Virus record (IMG/VR): IMGVR_UViG_3300006735_000027
Span: 1 to 64,000 of that record
Strand: one strand, 5' to 3'
Source of the DNA: a virus
Length of the DNA: 64,000 nt
Shown here: positions 38,133 to 47,646 of the stretch, one piece after another
Layout of the letters: each line of letters begins with the position of its first letter
Position numbering within the stretch: position 1 is the first letter of the stretch
The notes under the pieces: generated by a model
The model's database searches: none
What the model was told of the DNA's origin: nothing
The model's input: the letters and a program-made list of their open reading frames with translations, nothing else
Program-made: the position numbers and the translations under genes

Positions 38133-40667
38133 TCAGAGAATAATGTCGGCAGGCATGAAGACAAGCGAAAATTCGTAGGCCTTCATCTCGGCATCTCGGT
38201 TGACGCTGAAGCCAGCAACCAGCCCGCTGATGCCATTTTTCAGGTGGCCTTGGAAGCCCGGTGCAAAAGTACGAGAGGCGTGAATGTCGTTGACGCTGGA
38301 CAACTTGCCAGAGGTGCCGCCTTCTGTCGTCAAGAAGAAATTGCGCTGGGCTACTTCTGCGTCAAGCGCGTTTTCACCCTTGGTGATTGACGTGCTGTAG
38401 GGAATCTGAATACCACTGATGTAGTCACTCGGGCCTTGTGAAGCATATACCTGAGACTGGACAAAGTCCAGTCCGACATTGAGCGCTTCGACCACCTCGT
38501 TGAAGCCGTTGATGGTGCTGAAGTTGTTGCTGTTGGCCAAGACGCCGAGAACGTCTTGCACCTTGTCGCCTGCGCTCTTCACGCGCTTTCCACTGCGACC
38601 ACCTGAGAAGCCCTCGGTGACGGGCATTTGGCCGACTCCCAGCGTCGTGTTGATGCTGTCCGACAGGCGACCCAGTGACGACGGGAAGACTTGCGTAATG
38701 GTCAGCCGAGAGTTGTGCTCGCTGTAGGATTGGCCGATGGACGTCGTGAACACCTTGTCCATGGTCTTGTCCCCTGCAGCGTTGACGGCTCGGCCCACGT
38801 CGAGGTAGGAACTGGTCAGCGCCTTCGACAACAGGTAGGCGATGTACTCATCGGTGCGTGTGATTCCTCCGCCTGTGTCTCGTGCCGTAGAGCCGTCTGC
38901 GTGTGTTGGGAACTCAGGCCCAACGGCTTTCTCAGGAAGAGCAGTCTCGTTGAACGTGTCGGCGTTCTTGATAGGGATGATGATGACGGGTACGTTTTCG
39001 CTACCCGTCAAATCAAACGTGCGATACACTACGGGCTCGATGTGAAGAACGTCGTTTTGAGCGATGGTTACGCCTGATTGAAGCGGCTCGATGGTGATGT
39101 TGCTCGATGTGGCCGCAATCACTTTTGCGGTGAAAATTTGAAATGACGAAGTGCGGCGAAAAGAGGCGCCCGCCTCTTTGAAGGAGACCAAGTACTCTCG
39201 GTTGGATTCGGATAATTCAAACCATTGGAGCGGGTTATTCCCAGCATCATCAGCGTCGTCCAGCGTAATCTGGTTCCCGCTAACGCTCTGAACCACCAGA
39301 CCGGTTGTTCGGCGCTTGTTGAGGAAGCCGTGCTCTTCTCGCTTGCTGGCCACCATGTCCTTGTCGAAGGCGATGCGTACATGGACGTTGTCGAAGTTGT
39401 AACGCATGTCGTCATATGGGTGGCCGGATGGCAAGTCAATGTTGTACTTGCGGGACAGGTAACCTTCGACTTCCTCACGCTCGGTCTGAGTCAGCACTCG
39501 GTTGTAGTAGAGCACCTCATAGATGCCGCCGTTGAAGTGGTCGCCAGCACCAGAGGTGGCGCCGATGAAAAGGTCTGTCCCGCTCGGCTGATACGTTGTG
39601 CTGCTGGTCGTGGCTTCCAACTTACCGTTCACGTAGAGTTTGACTTGGTCGGATTGTGCATCTGAGCCAGTGTCCTCCATAGTGTAGCCGACAAGGCTGA
39701 GCCCCGTCAATTTCACAGAAGACGTGCTGCTGGTTGCGTTGATGCTCGAACTACCGTTGTACCAGTAGACCTTCGCCCGCGTATCATCCATGTCGGCGAC
39801 GACCCTGTAGCCGTTGTTCGTGTCGACCACAGTGTTCTCGTTGGCTCCGACGTCAGGCTTGAACACCGTGAAAATGGTGAACTCCTCTGAGTTGAAGAAC
39901 GCTGTATTGGACACCGTCATGCGGTCATCGCTGCCATCGAACTGGACAAAGGGTCGTGGACCCGCGTCTCTGAATACAGGCCTCTGAGAGCCGGTCGCTG
40001 TCGCGTTTCGACCAGCACTGCTTTCAGTCCACGTATCGACAACATCGCCATCACTGAGCGTGGTGAGCGAGTCGGCCTTGAGCCAGACCTGAAGACCGGT
40101 CTGCACTGGGTTTTCCAATCGAATGGTGTTCTCGACCCAATAGGCCACTGGGAAGTCAATGTACTTCTCATTCCAGTATTGCAGAATGTAGTTGCCCAAG
40201 TCACGTACATTGACGGGCGGGTTGCCGATAGAGCCGCCCAGTCCACCACCAAAGTCACCAGTATGGCCTATGGTTCCGCCGATACCAGTTGTGCCGACGC
40301 CGCCAATGGAATTTGCCAAGTTGAATTGCGATGAAATCGGACTGGTGTTCACGCCGCCCGTTGCGCCGCCGAAAGGCTGACCCCACGTCACGAGTTGCTG
40401 AGGCTGATAAAAGTCAAGCGTAGCGATTGCTTGCGCAGTCTGCTCTTGTCCGAGGTCATCCGCAAAGATGCCTTGCACTTCAATGGACACTTGCGCTTGA
40501 TTGAGGTCAATGCCCATCTTACGGGCGTCGAAGAAGGGAATGCCGAAGTTGCTTTGCTGTCGCTCGACAACAATGTCGACGCTGGTCGCATCGAGGGAGA
40601 TAGTGCCTCCGTCCTCTTGCACGAGGCGAATGGGGAACCGTTCTCCCGCGTCAACCAACTTAGCCAC
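38133..40667 (-). CDS. Putative distal tail protein with an inserted LamG domain
   Basis: LQVWLKAD...FDGSDD...LYVNG...LFIG...FNGGIYEVLYYNRVLT..ERE.VEGYLSRKY. Confidence 0.7.
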   Translation of the reverse strand: MAKLVDAGERFPIRLVQEDGGTISLDATSVDIVVERQQSNFGIPFFDARKMGIDLNQAQVSIEVQGIFADDLGQEQTAQAIATLDFYQPQQLVTWGQPFGGATGGVNTSPISSQFNLANSIGGVGTTGIGGTIGHTGDFGGGLGGSIGNPPVNVRDLGNYILQYWNEKYIDFPVAYWVENTIRLENPVQTGLQVWLKADSLTTLSDGDVVDTWTESSAGRNATATGSQRPVFRDAGPRPFVQFDGSDDRMTVSNTAFFNSEEFTIFTVFKPDVGANENTVVDTNNGYRVVADMDDTRAKVYWYNGSSSINATSSTSSVKLTGLSLVGYTMEDTGSDAQSDQVKLYVNGKLEATTSSTTYQPSGTDLFIGATSGAGDHFNGGIYEVLYYNRVLTQTEREEVEGYLSRKYNIDLPSGHPYDDMRYNFDNVHVRIAFDKDMVASKREEHGFLNKRRTTGLVVQSVSGNQITLDDADDAGNNPLQWFELSESNREYLVSFKEAGASFRRTSSFQIFTAKVIAATSSNITIEPLQSGVTIAQNDVLHIEPVVYRTFDLTGSENVPVIIIPIKNADTFNETALPEKAVGPEFPTHADGSTARDTGGGITRTDEYIAYLLSKALTSSYLDVGRAVNAAGDKTMDKVFTTSIGQSYSEHNSRLTITQVFPSSLGRLSDSINTTLGVGQMPVTEGFSGGRSGKRVKSAGDKVQDVLGVLANSNNFSTINGFNEVVEALNVGLDFVQSQVYASQGPSDYISGIQIPYSTSITKGENALDAEVAQRNFFLTTEGGTSGKLSSVNDIHASRTFAPGFQGHLKNGISGLVAGFSVNRDAEMKAYEFSLVFMPADIIL

Positions 40668-41085
40668 TCCTGTTGAAGCCGCTCTGCGTTAGCGAGCCGC
40701 CCATCTTGGCACGCAGTTCCTTAGTGACCATGGCACCAATTTCCTTGGCCAGTGCTTTCTTGTCGGTCTTATCCGTGACCCCACTGACGTCAATCTTCAG
40801 GTTGACCGTGACGTTGGTGGTGGGAGAAGCAGCCGCTGCAGCGCCAGCCGCAGCGCCTACAGGTGAAGCACCTGTCGTTTGCTGGAGCGCAGGCGTGTTG
40901 CCCATTGTGCGAAGTGATTCAGTCAAGTCACGCGTCTCAGCCTTGGTCATGGCCATGGACTTGGTGAAGCGGTCCATTTGCTGCTGAAGCGCCTGCATGT
41001 TGTCCTTGGCGCCCTTGCTGTACTCTCGGAACTTCTCCATCGCTTCGACAGAGCGGGGGTCAATATTGCCATCCATATGCTTCAC
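40660..41085 (-). CDS. Very short protein at the tape-measure position
   Basis: Follows the frameshifted tail chaperones. Helical N-terminus and a TMP-like C-terminus (NVTVNLKIDVSG...LAKEI). Start may be ATG 41076. Confidence 0.55.
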   Translation of the reverse strand: MKHMDGNIDPRSVEAMEKFREYSKGAKDNMQALQQQMDRFTKSMAMTKAETRDLTESLRTMGNTPALQQTTGASPVGAAAGAAAAASPTTNVTVNLKIDVSGVTDKTDKKALAKEIGAMVTKELRAKMGGSLTQSGFNRSG

Positions 41086-41339
41086 TCCAATTCTGGGATA
41101 ACGTCATACCCCAAGTAGACTGCTTCTTGCACAGCCTGCTCTTCGCCCTGCATAGCCTGTGCCCAGTATAGCAACTGCTTGGCGTCGTTGATGCTCAATG
41201 TTCTCACGTCCTGTAGAGTCATCCGGTAATGCGTCATCAGAAGGTACTCCATCCCTTCTCGTTGGTAGCGAAGTCGCTCGACCACACTGCGCCCGTGAAC
41301 GAAGTGTTTGATGCGACCGACTTCGCCTCCCGAAAAACC
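41082..41339 (-). CDS. Tail assembly chaperone, -1 frameshifted C-terminal part (GT-like)
   Basis: Overlaps the upstream ORF in the -1 frame at G GTT TTT; LMTHYRMTLQDVRTLS is typical of T-like segments. Confidence 0.65.
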   Translation of the reverse strand, partial: GFSGGEVGRIKHFVHGRSVVERLRYQREGMEYLLMTHYRMTLQDVRTLSINDAKQLLYWAQAMQGEEQAVQEAVYLGYDVIPELE

Positions 41340-41623
41340 AACCACTCCATCACCTGAGCAGGTTCAGGGAGAAGTGTAGCGAGTCGCTGCCCTGCTTCAG
41401 GGCTGAGATTATCAATGTCCGGGTGCTCGACACGCTGGTCTTTGGCATCGTAAAAGTCCAACCAGTTGGTGAACGCGTGCTTCCAGTAGATGGAAAAGTC
41501 GAGTGAGCCTTGAGCCAGCAAAGGTGCGACAGCCTGCACGTCAAAGAAGGTCAACTTCTTCACTTCGATGATGTAGGCTTTTCCGTCAATGTCCATTTCA
41601 TTCCTGTTCTGTGGCATACTCAC
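41237..41623 (-). CDS. Tail assembly chaperone (G-like)
   Basis: Located between the major tail gene and the TMP position, with a slippery GGTTTTT near its 3' end. Start may be ATG 41617. Confidence 0.65.
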   Translation of the reverse strand: MSMPQNRNEMDIDGKAYIIEVKKLTFFDVQAVAPLLAQGSLDFSIYWKHAFTNWLDFYDAKDQRVEHPDIDNLSPEAGQRLATLLPEPAQVMEWLVFREAKSVASNTSFTGAVWSSDFATNEKGWSTF

Positions 41624-41816
41624 TCACACTCGCGTCGGAAGCCGCCTCTGTCGAGGGGGCATCCTCCAGATGCAGGTGGGCGAACGGGTCTTCGCTGGCC
41701 CTCCCGGCTTCTGGGTCGAAGAGGTACTCTCCGCCCTCTTCTTCTTCGTCGGCCTCAAGGACCGCTGGAATGTAGGCAGCCGACGGGTGAAGGGAAATCC
41801 AGTGTCGCATTGGCAT
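41598..41816 (-). CDS. Small acidic hypothetical protein
   Basis: 72 aa, Glu/Asp-rich, fills the operon gap. Confidence 0.5.
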   Translation of the reverse strand: MPMRHWISLHPSAAYIPAVLEADEEEEGGEYLFDPEAGRASEDPFAHLHLEDAPSTEAASDASVSEYATEQE

Positions 41817-41825
41817 CTGAATCCC

Positions 41826-43886
41826 TCACAGGTGGTAGTCGGCGTCGGTGCTAATGACCTTGATGTTCTGAGGCTTCAGTTTCAGGGTGGTGAACAGTAG
41901 CCCTTTGTCGTCAGGTACTGGGACGGGGAGGGCGGTAATCAAGTAATCGTCGATGACGATGCGGAGGTTGGGCGATTCGCCTGAGCCACCACTGGACACT
42001 TGCTTGGTGAAGTTGAGCATGATAGTGCCCCCAGTTGACCCCACCGTCCCACCTCGTTGGATGTGTGTACGAATTTCGTGAATCAGCGTCGCATCCTCAA
42101 GCGCAAGCGTCACTTCCATCTCGAACTCTTCGCGGCCTTCGCGGATGACGGAGGGGTTCCGCGTGCCGCCGTATGGCACCTGCTTCAGACTCAGCGAAGT
42201 GGACGAATCGACAGACTCAGCGACAGGGTTACTCTGAATGGTGTGAAACAGTTCGACGCCCGTTTTGCCTCGCAACTCGAACGCGCTGATGTAGGTCATG
42301 TTCTGGTCGAACATCGAGATGGTGCCGTTATAGAACATGAAGGGCTTCTCGCCGTTCTTCGGAATGCCGGCCACCTTACGGTTCTTCTTGGTGTCTGCCG
42401 TGTTCTGGAACATGCGGTGCGCAGTGTAGCGGTCACCCTTGTTCGATGATTCGAGTCGACCGGTGTCCGTGTAGGTGGACAGTGCGTCGAAGACGCAGCG
42501 GTACTTGAGTTCAGCATCGACCGTGCTGCTCAGTTCCCACTCAACCACCTTGCAGCCGCGGAAGATGCGCGTCAATTGCTTGCTGTCGCCTGTGCTACCG
42601 GGAGCCGTCGTTGACTCACCAGTCGCGTTGAATGAACCAATGTCGCGCGTGCGGACGCTGTGCTCCATGCAGAACGACGGGATGGTGTCTGAGGAGAACA
42701 GGAGGCGGTGGACTGGGTTGCGAATGTCCTTGGCATCGTCAGTGATGTTCGGACTGTTGTTGCCAAGGTCGTCTTCGTACTCACGCAGTTCGATGGTGTC
42801 GGATGTTGTGTGCGTGAACTGCCACGGGTCGTCGACGTAAAGTCGGAAGCGGCTGCTGCCAAGTGATTCAATGGCGGAGATGCGACGGCACTCGCTGGTC
42901 TCAGCCCATTCAAAATGAACGGCATCGCTGGACAAGGAGGAACTACTTGACTCGTTGGGCCAATATTGCGTGCTTCCGGTTTCTGGAGTTTTATACGTGG
43001 TCGTAGGAGCGAGCGTCGTGTCCTTGATGAGAACGTAGTCACCAACGGCAGCATCTGTGCTTGAGCCGAAACGAACGCTACCGCTCTGGCTGCTGGTTAC
43101 ATCGAGGTAGGTCTGGCCCGGCGAAATGTTGGCGTAAATGGTTGGCACTGGGCTGGCGGCATGCGCACGCGTGCCGCACTTGTCTTTGCTGACGACCTCG
43201 CGTCCAAGGCTATAGTAGAGCCACTTGGCACTGTGCATCGGCAATTCGATAGCGCCGCCGCTGTGATGCACCTTGCCTGTCTGCTGAACGGCAACCTGTC
43301 GACCAAGACCGACGACGTGGTACGAGTGCAAGTCAACCGTTGTGTCGGGCAACGTCATGAAACTGGCCAGACCGACGAACTGGTCGATGAGACTGACTTC
43401 CTTGGAACTGGCTGCAGCCGTGTTTTGCACGTTGTTGCCGTCACCCTGCAACGTCGGCATGCCGAGAGAGTGGATGAACATCGCATCTCCTGTCGCGCTG
43501 CTCAGACCACTACCGATGTTCTGAAGCGCCGGTACGACCTTGATGACGGTCGCGTTCGACTCGAACGTGTGGTCTACGATGGTGAAGATACGACTCTGGA
43601 ATGCGCTGACGTAGTGTGAGCCATACGCACCAGTTCCAGTGCCAGTGTTGTGGAAGGTCAACTTCTGACCAATGAGCATTCCAATAGGCACCTTGAGCAC
43701 GGGCTTGGAGGGCTCGAAGATGCTGCTGGCGCTAACGGTCGTCGTGCCTGTGAACGTGATGGTCGTGAAGTCGGTGTTGTCGGTAGACGTCCATTCACGA
43801 GGCAGGCCATGCTCAATGTAGACGCCCGTCTCATGACCCATCACGACTTCAGAGACGTCGCCCTTGAAGTGGCCGCCGAAACTCAC
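41826..43886 (-). CDS. Major tail (tube) protein with inserted domains
   Basis: Tube-like segments KWLYYSLG, FRGCKVVEWELS and EGREEFEMEVTL; position just upstream of the chaperones. Confidence 0.65.
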   Translation of the reverse strand: MSFGGHFKGDVSEVVMGHETGVYIEHGLPREWTSTDNTDFTTITFTGTTTVSASSIFEPSKPVLKVPIGMLIGQKLTFHNTGTGTGAYGSHYVSAFQSRIFTIVDHTFESNATVIKVVPALQNIGSGLSSATGDAMFIHSLGMPTLQGDGNNVQNTAAASSKEVSLIDQFVGLASFMTLPDTTVDLHSYHVVGLGRQVAVQQTGKVHHSGGAIELPMHSAKWLYYSLGREVVSKDKCGTRAHAASPVPTIYANISPGQTYLDVTSSQSGSVRFGSSTDAAVGDYVLIKDTTLAPTTTYKTPETGSTQYWPNESSSSSLSSDAVHFEWAETSECRRISAIESLGSSRFRLYVDDPWQFTHTTSDTIELREYEDDLGNNSPNITDDAKDIRNPVHRLLFSSDTIPSFCMEHSVRTRDIGSFNATGESTTAPGSTGDSKQLTRIFRGCKVVEWELSSTVDAELKYRCVFDALSTYTDTGRLESSNKGDRYTAHRMFQNTADTKKNRKVAGIPKNGEKPFMFYNGTISMFDQNMTYISAFELRGKTGVELFHTIQSNPVAESVDSSTSLSLKQVPYGGTRNPSVIREGREEFEMEVTLALEDATLIHEIRTHIQRGGTVGSTGGTIMLNFTKQVSSGGSGESPNLRIVIDDYLITALPVPVPDDKGLLFTTLKLKPQNIKVISTDADYHL

Positions 43887-44356
43887 GGAATCAACTCCGC
43901 AAGGATGACGACTTCGACTTGGAAGGTATGTCGGAACAACTTCTTCGTGCGGTCAGACAGGTCCGTGCGCGTCTTCAGAATCATCCTGTCGAAGTTGACC
44001 CCGTCTCCCTTGCGCGACACGTGAATGATGCGACGCATCTCGTCCTCCATCTTACGCAAACGAGAACGCCCACGAGCCGTGCGCATGTCCACCGTGATGT
44101 TGACGCGCGTCGTCACGAAGTTATACAGAAGGTCAGGGACCTCTTCATTGAGGGCTGTCTCGTAGCACACGATGTAGTCGTGACGTTGCAGGTCCAGTCG
44201 CTTGCCGCGCTCAGGCCCTTCACTGGCCACGTCGATAATGATGGGCTTTACGTTGTCCGTGTTGCCTCTGTTCCAACCTGTTTTGGTCACAGCGTTGTGG
44301 TCAGCCTTGAGCAGGTCAATGACCGTCTGCAGCGGCTCCTTATACGTCGCCGTCAT
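43883..44356 (-). CDS. Putative tail terminator/completion protein
   Basis: 157 aa between the adaptor and tube genes. Confidence 0.55.
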   Translation of the reverse strand: MTATYKEPLQTVIDLLKADHNAVTKTGWNRGNTDNVKPIIIDVASEGPERGKRLDLQRHDYIVCYETALNEEVPDLLYNFVTTRVNITVDMRTARGRSRLRKMEDEMRRIIHVSRKGDGVNFDRMILKTRTDLSDRTKKLFRHTFQVEVVILAELIP

Positions 44357-45921
44357 GCGAAGACCACCACTTCCTTGTAGCGAGCAAGGATGTCCATGGC
44401 CTCCCTACGGAACAACTGTGCCTTGGAGCCGAGGTCAATGTTCTGACTCCCCTCGGGAATCAGCACGCTTCGGTCGTCCGACATCAGCAGTTCGCTCGCC
44501 ACAAGTTTGGTGGCTGCCTCCTCAATCGCCTTTTCCAGATACCGCTCTCCGTAGATGTAGGACACCTTGATGGCGTTATACTCGAAGAAAGGGTACGAGT
44601 TGTTGAAGTAAATGATGCCCATTTCGTGGTCAAGCCACCAGTCGCGCAGACGAGCGCTGTCTCCGCTGGCACTGCCACCCTGCAAATCAAGAAGCAGAGA
44701 TTGCTGGGTGATAGTACCGCTGACTGCCGTGTGGTCACCAACTACGTCGGCGCACCCAGTGAACGATGTGCCCGTCTTTCCAGTGTAGCGAAACACGATG
44801 GCTCCGTTAATAGCCACACCTGCATCCACGAACCCTGTCGTAGAGTCCACGTTGATAGTCCCCGAAGAAGCCGAGGACACGGTCGCTGAGTTCCCTTGAG
44901 TCTGGTCAATGGTGATGTCGCTGGAGTTGGTTACGATACTGCACTTCTCGCCTCCTTTGACGGCGCGCATGCTCGTAAGTTTCACCACGCCCGTACCGTA
45001 GTCACTGTTGGCTGATGCCAAGAACTCGTTGTGGACTGCCACGTTTGAGGTCGAGCCCTCAAGAGTGAACGCGGGTGAGAAGTCGACAACGGCTTTGCTG
45101 ACGCGGTCCTCTTTGTTGATGAGGTCAGCAAAGTTCTGAGCGACAGTGGTAGAATCAAAGTCGTCACGCCACTGAGTCGCACCGGTGCCTTGAGCGAGCG
45201 TGGCAACGCTGCCGTTGCCGGGTGAGATGAAGATGGATGAAGAGGCAAGGTTGCTCACGTCGTTGAACTCGATGCGGGCCTCTGCACCGCAAATCTCTCG
45301 GTAGTCGTCACCTTGCCAAAGTTCGATGCGCAGAATCTGCTGAACGTTTCGGAAGAGCAGTGGGGCTGTGCCCACGTAATCTGTGAAGTATCGGCGTCGG
45401 TAGGGCTTGTACGTGTCGAAGTTGATGTACTCTGCCGCAACGAGGTAGGGCCTCCACGCGTTGTGCGTGTAGTTGTCGATGCGGTCCTGAATGCGGCGAA
45501 TGTGGTCTTCGACAATACTCTTCTTGACGCCGCGACTCTTGCCGTTGGTGAAGATGGTCAGGTTCTGAATCTCCGTGTTGGCCGTCGTCGTGTAGTTGGA
45601 ATGGGTGCTGACGGTGGTGGGCAACTTCACGTATTTCGTACCGCTAACGTCCTCGACTACAGGCGTCGTAATGGTGAACTCTGTACCCAGAGGGTCGAGG
45701 TCGCTGAAAACGAGAATGGTATCGCCGCTTTCAAAGCCGTGCTCACGGAAATCCGTACCTGTGATGTAGAAACCGGTCGATGCTGAGTTTGCAGCAGCAA
45801 TCACAGGCTCTCCCGCTGCGATGCCGAGTAGTTCGCCCACCTTGTTACCCGTCGTGTAGACGACAGCCGAGGGTTCGAGTGGACGAGTTTCTGGCTCACC
45901 GGGGCTGAAGACGACAGGCAT
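44353..45921 (-). CDS. Putative head-tail adaptor with inserted domains
   Basis: HIRRIQDRIDNYT and IKVSYIYG...IEEAATKLVA resemble connector/adaptor proteins. Confidence 0.6.
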   Translation of the reverse strand: MPVVFSPGEPETRPLEPSAVVYTTGNKVGELLGIAAGEPVIAAANSASTGFYITGTDFREHGFESGDTILVFSDLDPLGTEFTITTPVVEDVSGTKYVKLPTTVSTHSNYTTTANTEIQNLTIFTNGKSRGVKKSIVEDHIRRIQDRIDNYTHNAWRPYLVAAEYINFDTYKPYRRRYFTDYVGTAPLLFRNVQQILRIELWQGDDYREICGAEARIEFNDVSNLASSSIFISPGNGSVATLAQGTGATQWRDDFDSTTVAQNFADLINKEDRVSKAVVDFSPAFTLEGSTSNVAVHNEFLASANSDYGTGVVKLTSMRAVKGGEKCSIVTNSSDITIDQTQGNSATVSSASSGTINVDSTTGFVDAGVAINGAIVFRYTGKTGTSFTGCADVVGDHTAVSGTITQQSLLLDLQGGSASGDSARLRDWWLDHEMGIIYFNNSYPFFEYNAIKVSYIYGERYLEKAIEEAATKLVASELLMSDDRSVLIPEGSQNIDLGSKAQLFRREAMDILARYKEVVVFA

Positions 45922-45930
45922 GTTTTCACC

Positions 45931-46221
45931 TCAGTGCTGCTTCACTCCCAGATTGAAGTCCATGGCTTTCCCGCACGTGCGACAGGTGTCGACCCAGCAG
46001 AAGTACAGCATCCCGCAGTGTTTGCAGCGAGTACCAGAACCGATGTTGAGAACGTCCCCTGCAGCACGGTTGCGGTTGCGCTGCTTCAAGGTAACGCCCT
46101 CAAGGGGCTTGTCCTCGTTGGTTCGGACTGAAGCGCCGTAGCCTTCGTTGAGGCGAATGCCTCGCTTCTGCATCCGCTCGATGTCGTCGAGGCCGAGGCT
46201 ACCGAAGTCGTCCATTCGCAC
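45931..46221 (-). CDS. Zn-ribbon protein
   Basis: CKHCG...CRTCG. Confidence 0.7.
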   Translation of the reverse strand: MRMDDFGSLGLDDIERMQKRGIRLNEGYGASVRTNEDKPLEGVTLKQRNRNRAAGDVLNIGSGTRCKHCGMLYFCWVDTCRTCGKAMDFNLGVKQH

Positions 46222-46233
46222 ACCCCCTATGAA

Positions 46234-46407
46234 TCAGGAGGTGACGACCACAACGTAAAGATTGCCGAGCATGAGGTAGGACGTAACACCTTCCACGGTC
46301 TTGCCGTTGGTGTAATCGTCCAGTACCTTTTGGACACCGCCAGCCACAGATGCCCCAGTCTCCTTCGCATCGGAAGGCTTGAACTCGAACACTTTGGTGT
46401 CGGACAC
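46234..46407 (-). CDS. Small hypothetical virion protein (57 aa; not in ORF track)
   Basis: GTG start after GAGGTGA; MSDTKVFEFKPSDAKE...LYVVVVTS with typical codon usage. Confidence 0.65.
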   Translation of the reverse strand: MSDTKVFEFKPSDAKETGASVAGGVQKVLDDYTNGKTVEGVTSYLMLGNLYVVVVTS

Positions 46408-46416
46408 TCAGTCACC

Positions 46417-46737
46417 TCAGGAGCGGCGACCGATGGCCATGAACGTGCCACCAATGGTAGCCTGAGCCGCACCGGGGGTGTTGACGGTAATCGTCGTTCC
46501 ACTAACGGTGGCAAACTCACCAAAAGTGAAGGGAGCGGCATCAGATTGGTCAGCCGCAGTTCCGGGTTCAAGAGTCTGAGGAGCCAAAGCACCGGTGGGG
46601 GTGACGACAGCCATGTCCACACTGATGAGAAGGCTGCCCAGTTCAATCGTAGTATCGGACGCAGCGTAGGAGCCGGTCACAACCATGCGGTCGCCAAAGT
46701 AGGTTGGTCGGGGGTCAATCGTTACTGCCATTTTCAT
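46417..46737 (-). CDS. Putative minor head/decoration protein
   Basis: 106 aa, beta-rich, downstream of the capsid gene. Confidence 0.5.
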   Translation of the reverse strand: MKMAVTIDPRPTYFGDRMVVTGSYAASDTTIELGSLLISVDMAVVTPTGALAPQTLEPGTAADQSDAAPFTFGEFATVSGTTITVNTPGAAQATIGGTFMAIGRRS

Positions 46738-47135
46738 TCACTCTCCGTGGTAAGTTCTTCCGAAGCCTCTTCGACTTCAGGAGTAGGTGCTGCTTCGGGC
46801 TCAGGAGCCGGAGCGGGGTTGAGGACGCCTTCGACCGCGGCGAGCAGTTTGCTCTTGGTGGCGTAGCCGCCAACGGTCTGACCGCGCTCAACGAGCCATG
46901 CGGTAATGTCCTTCTTGGTCCAGCCAGCGTCAGGAAGGCCGTCAGAGCCTTCGTCCACCGTCACGCCCTCGTCGCCTTCAACGAGGAAGGCGGTTGGGTT
47001 AGTGCAGATGGCGACACGATGCTCGTCCAGATACGCCTGCGAAACCTCAACAGGTTCGCCGCGTGGCCAGAGTACTCCGGTGCCGTCAGGCTTCTTCCGG
47101 TAGACCCGGCTGCCAATGTAGGTCACGGTGGGCAC
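46734..47135 (-). CDS. Protein with an HeH/LEM-like helix-extension-helix motif
   Basis: WTKKDITAWLVERG....ATKSKLLAAV and an acidic Pro-rich tail. Confidence 0.6.
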   Translation of the reverse strand: MPTVTYIGSRVYRKKPDGTGVLWPRGEPVEVSQAYLDEHRVAICTNPTAFLVEGDEGVTVDEGSDGLPDAGWTKKDITAWLVERGQTVGGYATKSKLLAAVEGVLNPAPAPEPEAAPTPEVEEASEELTTESE

Positions 47136-47146
47136 GAAGGCTCACC

Positions 47147-47611
47147 TCAGTTCAGCATGACGACAGTCACAGTTCCTGCGCCAGCCGCTTCGCCGTGAAG
47201 GACGATGGCCGGGAGAGAACCCCCAGTCTTGGTCGCTGGGGCGGTACCGGTGTTGGTGAACGTGGCGGACAGAGTCTTGTCTGCCACTGCGAACGTCTGT
47301 CCGAGGACACCAATGATTTTCGAGGCGCCTGCGCTGATGGTCATCGTTTGCTCAGCAGCGTCGGCCAAGGTGAACGCGATGGTCACCAAGCGCATGCTGC
47401 CGACAGCGTTTCCGTCAGCGTTGCTGGCGGTAAAGCCCGTCAGGCTTCCGGGGTAGGAACCTCCGGTGTTGCCGCTGAGCCAACCAGTCTCATCGACAGG
47501 TGTGCCCGTTCGCATGTCGAGGTCCAAGAGAACCGAAACCGTACCGTTGGTGAAATCACCGTCATCGTAAGAAATCGTCAGTTGCTTGTTTTCTGCCGTT
47601 CGTGTAGTCAT
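47147..47611 (-). CDS. Putative capsid decoration protein
   Basis: 154 aa, G/T/A-rich, directly after the major capsid gene. Confidence 0.5.
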   Translation of the reverse strand: MTTRTAENKQLTISYDDGDFTNGTVSVLLDLDMRTGTPVDETGWLSGNTGGSYPGSLTGFTASNADGNAVGSMRLVTIAFTLADAAEQTMTISAGASKIIGVLGQTFAVADKTLSATFTNTGTAPATKTGGSLPAIVLHGEAAGAGTVTVVMLN

Positions 47612-47646
47612 GATTCATTCCTCCATGTGTTCTCTTCAGCACGCCC

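Noticed and set aside
46227-46646. 139-aa ORF from the track
   Set aside because: Overlaps the 46417-46737 gene out of frame; the 46234-46407 ORF with a good SD explains the region better.
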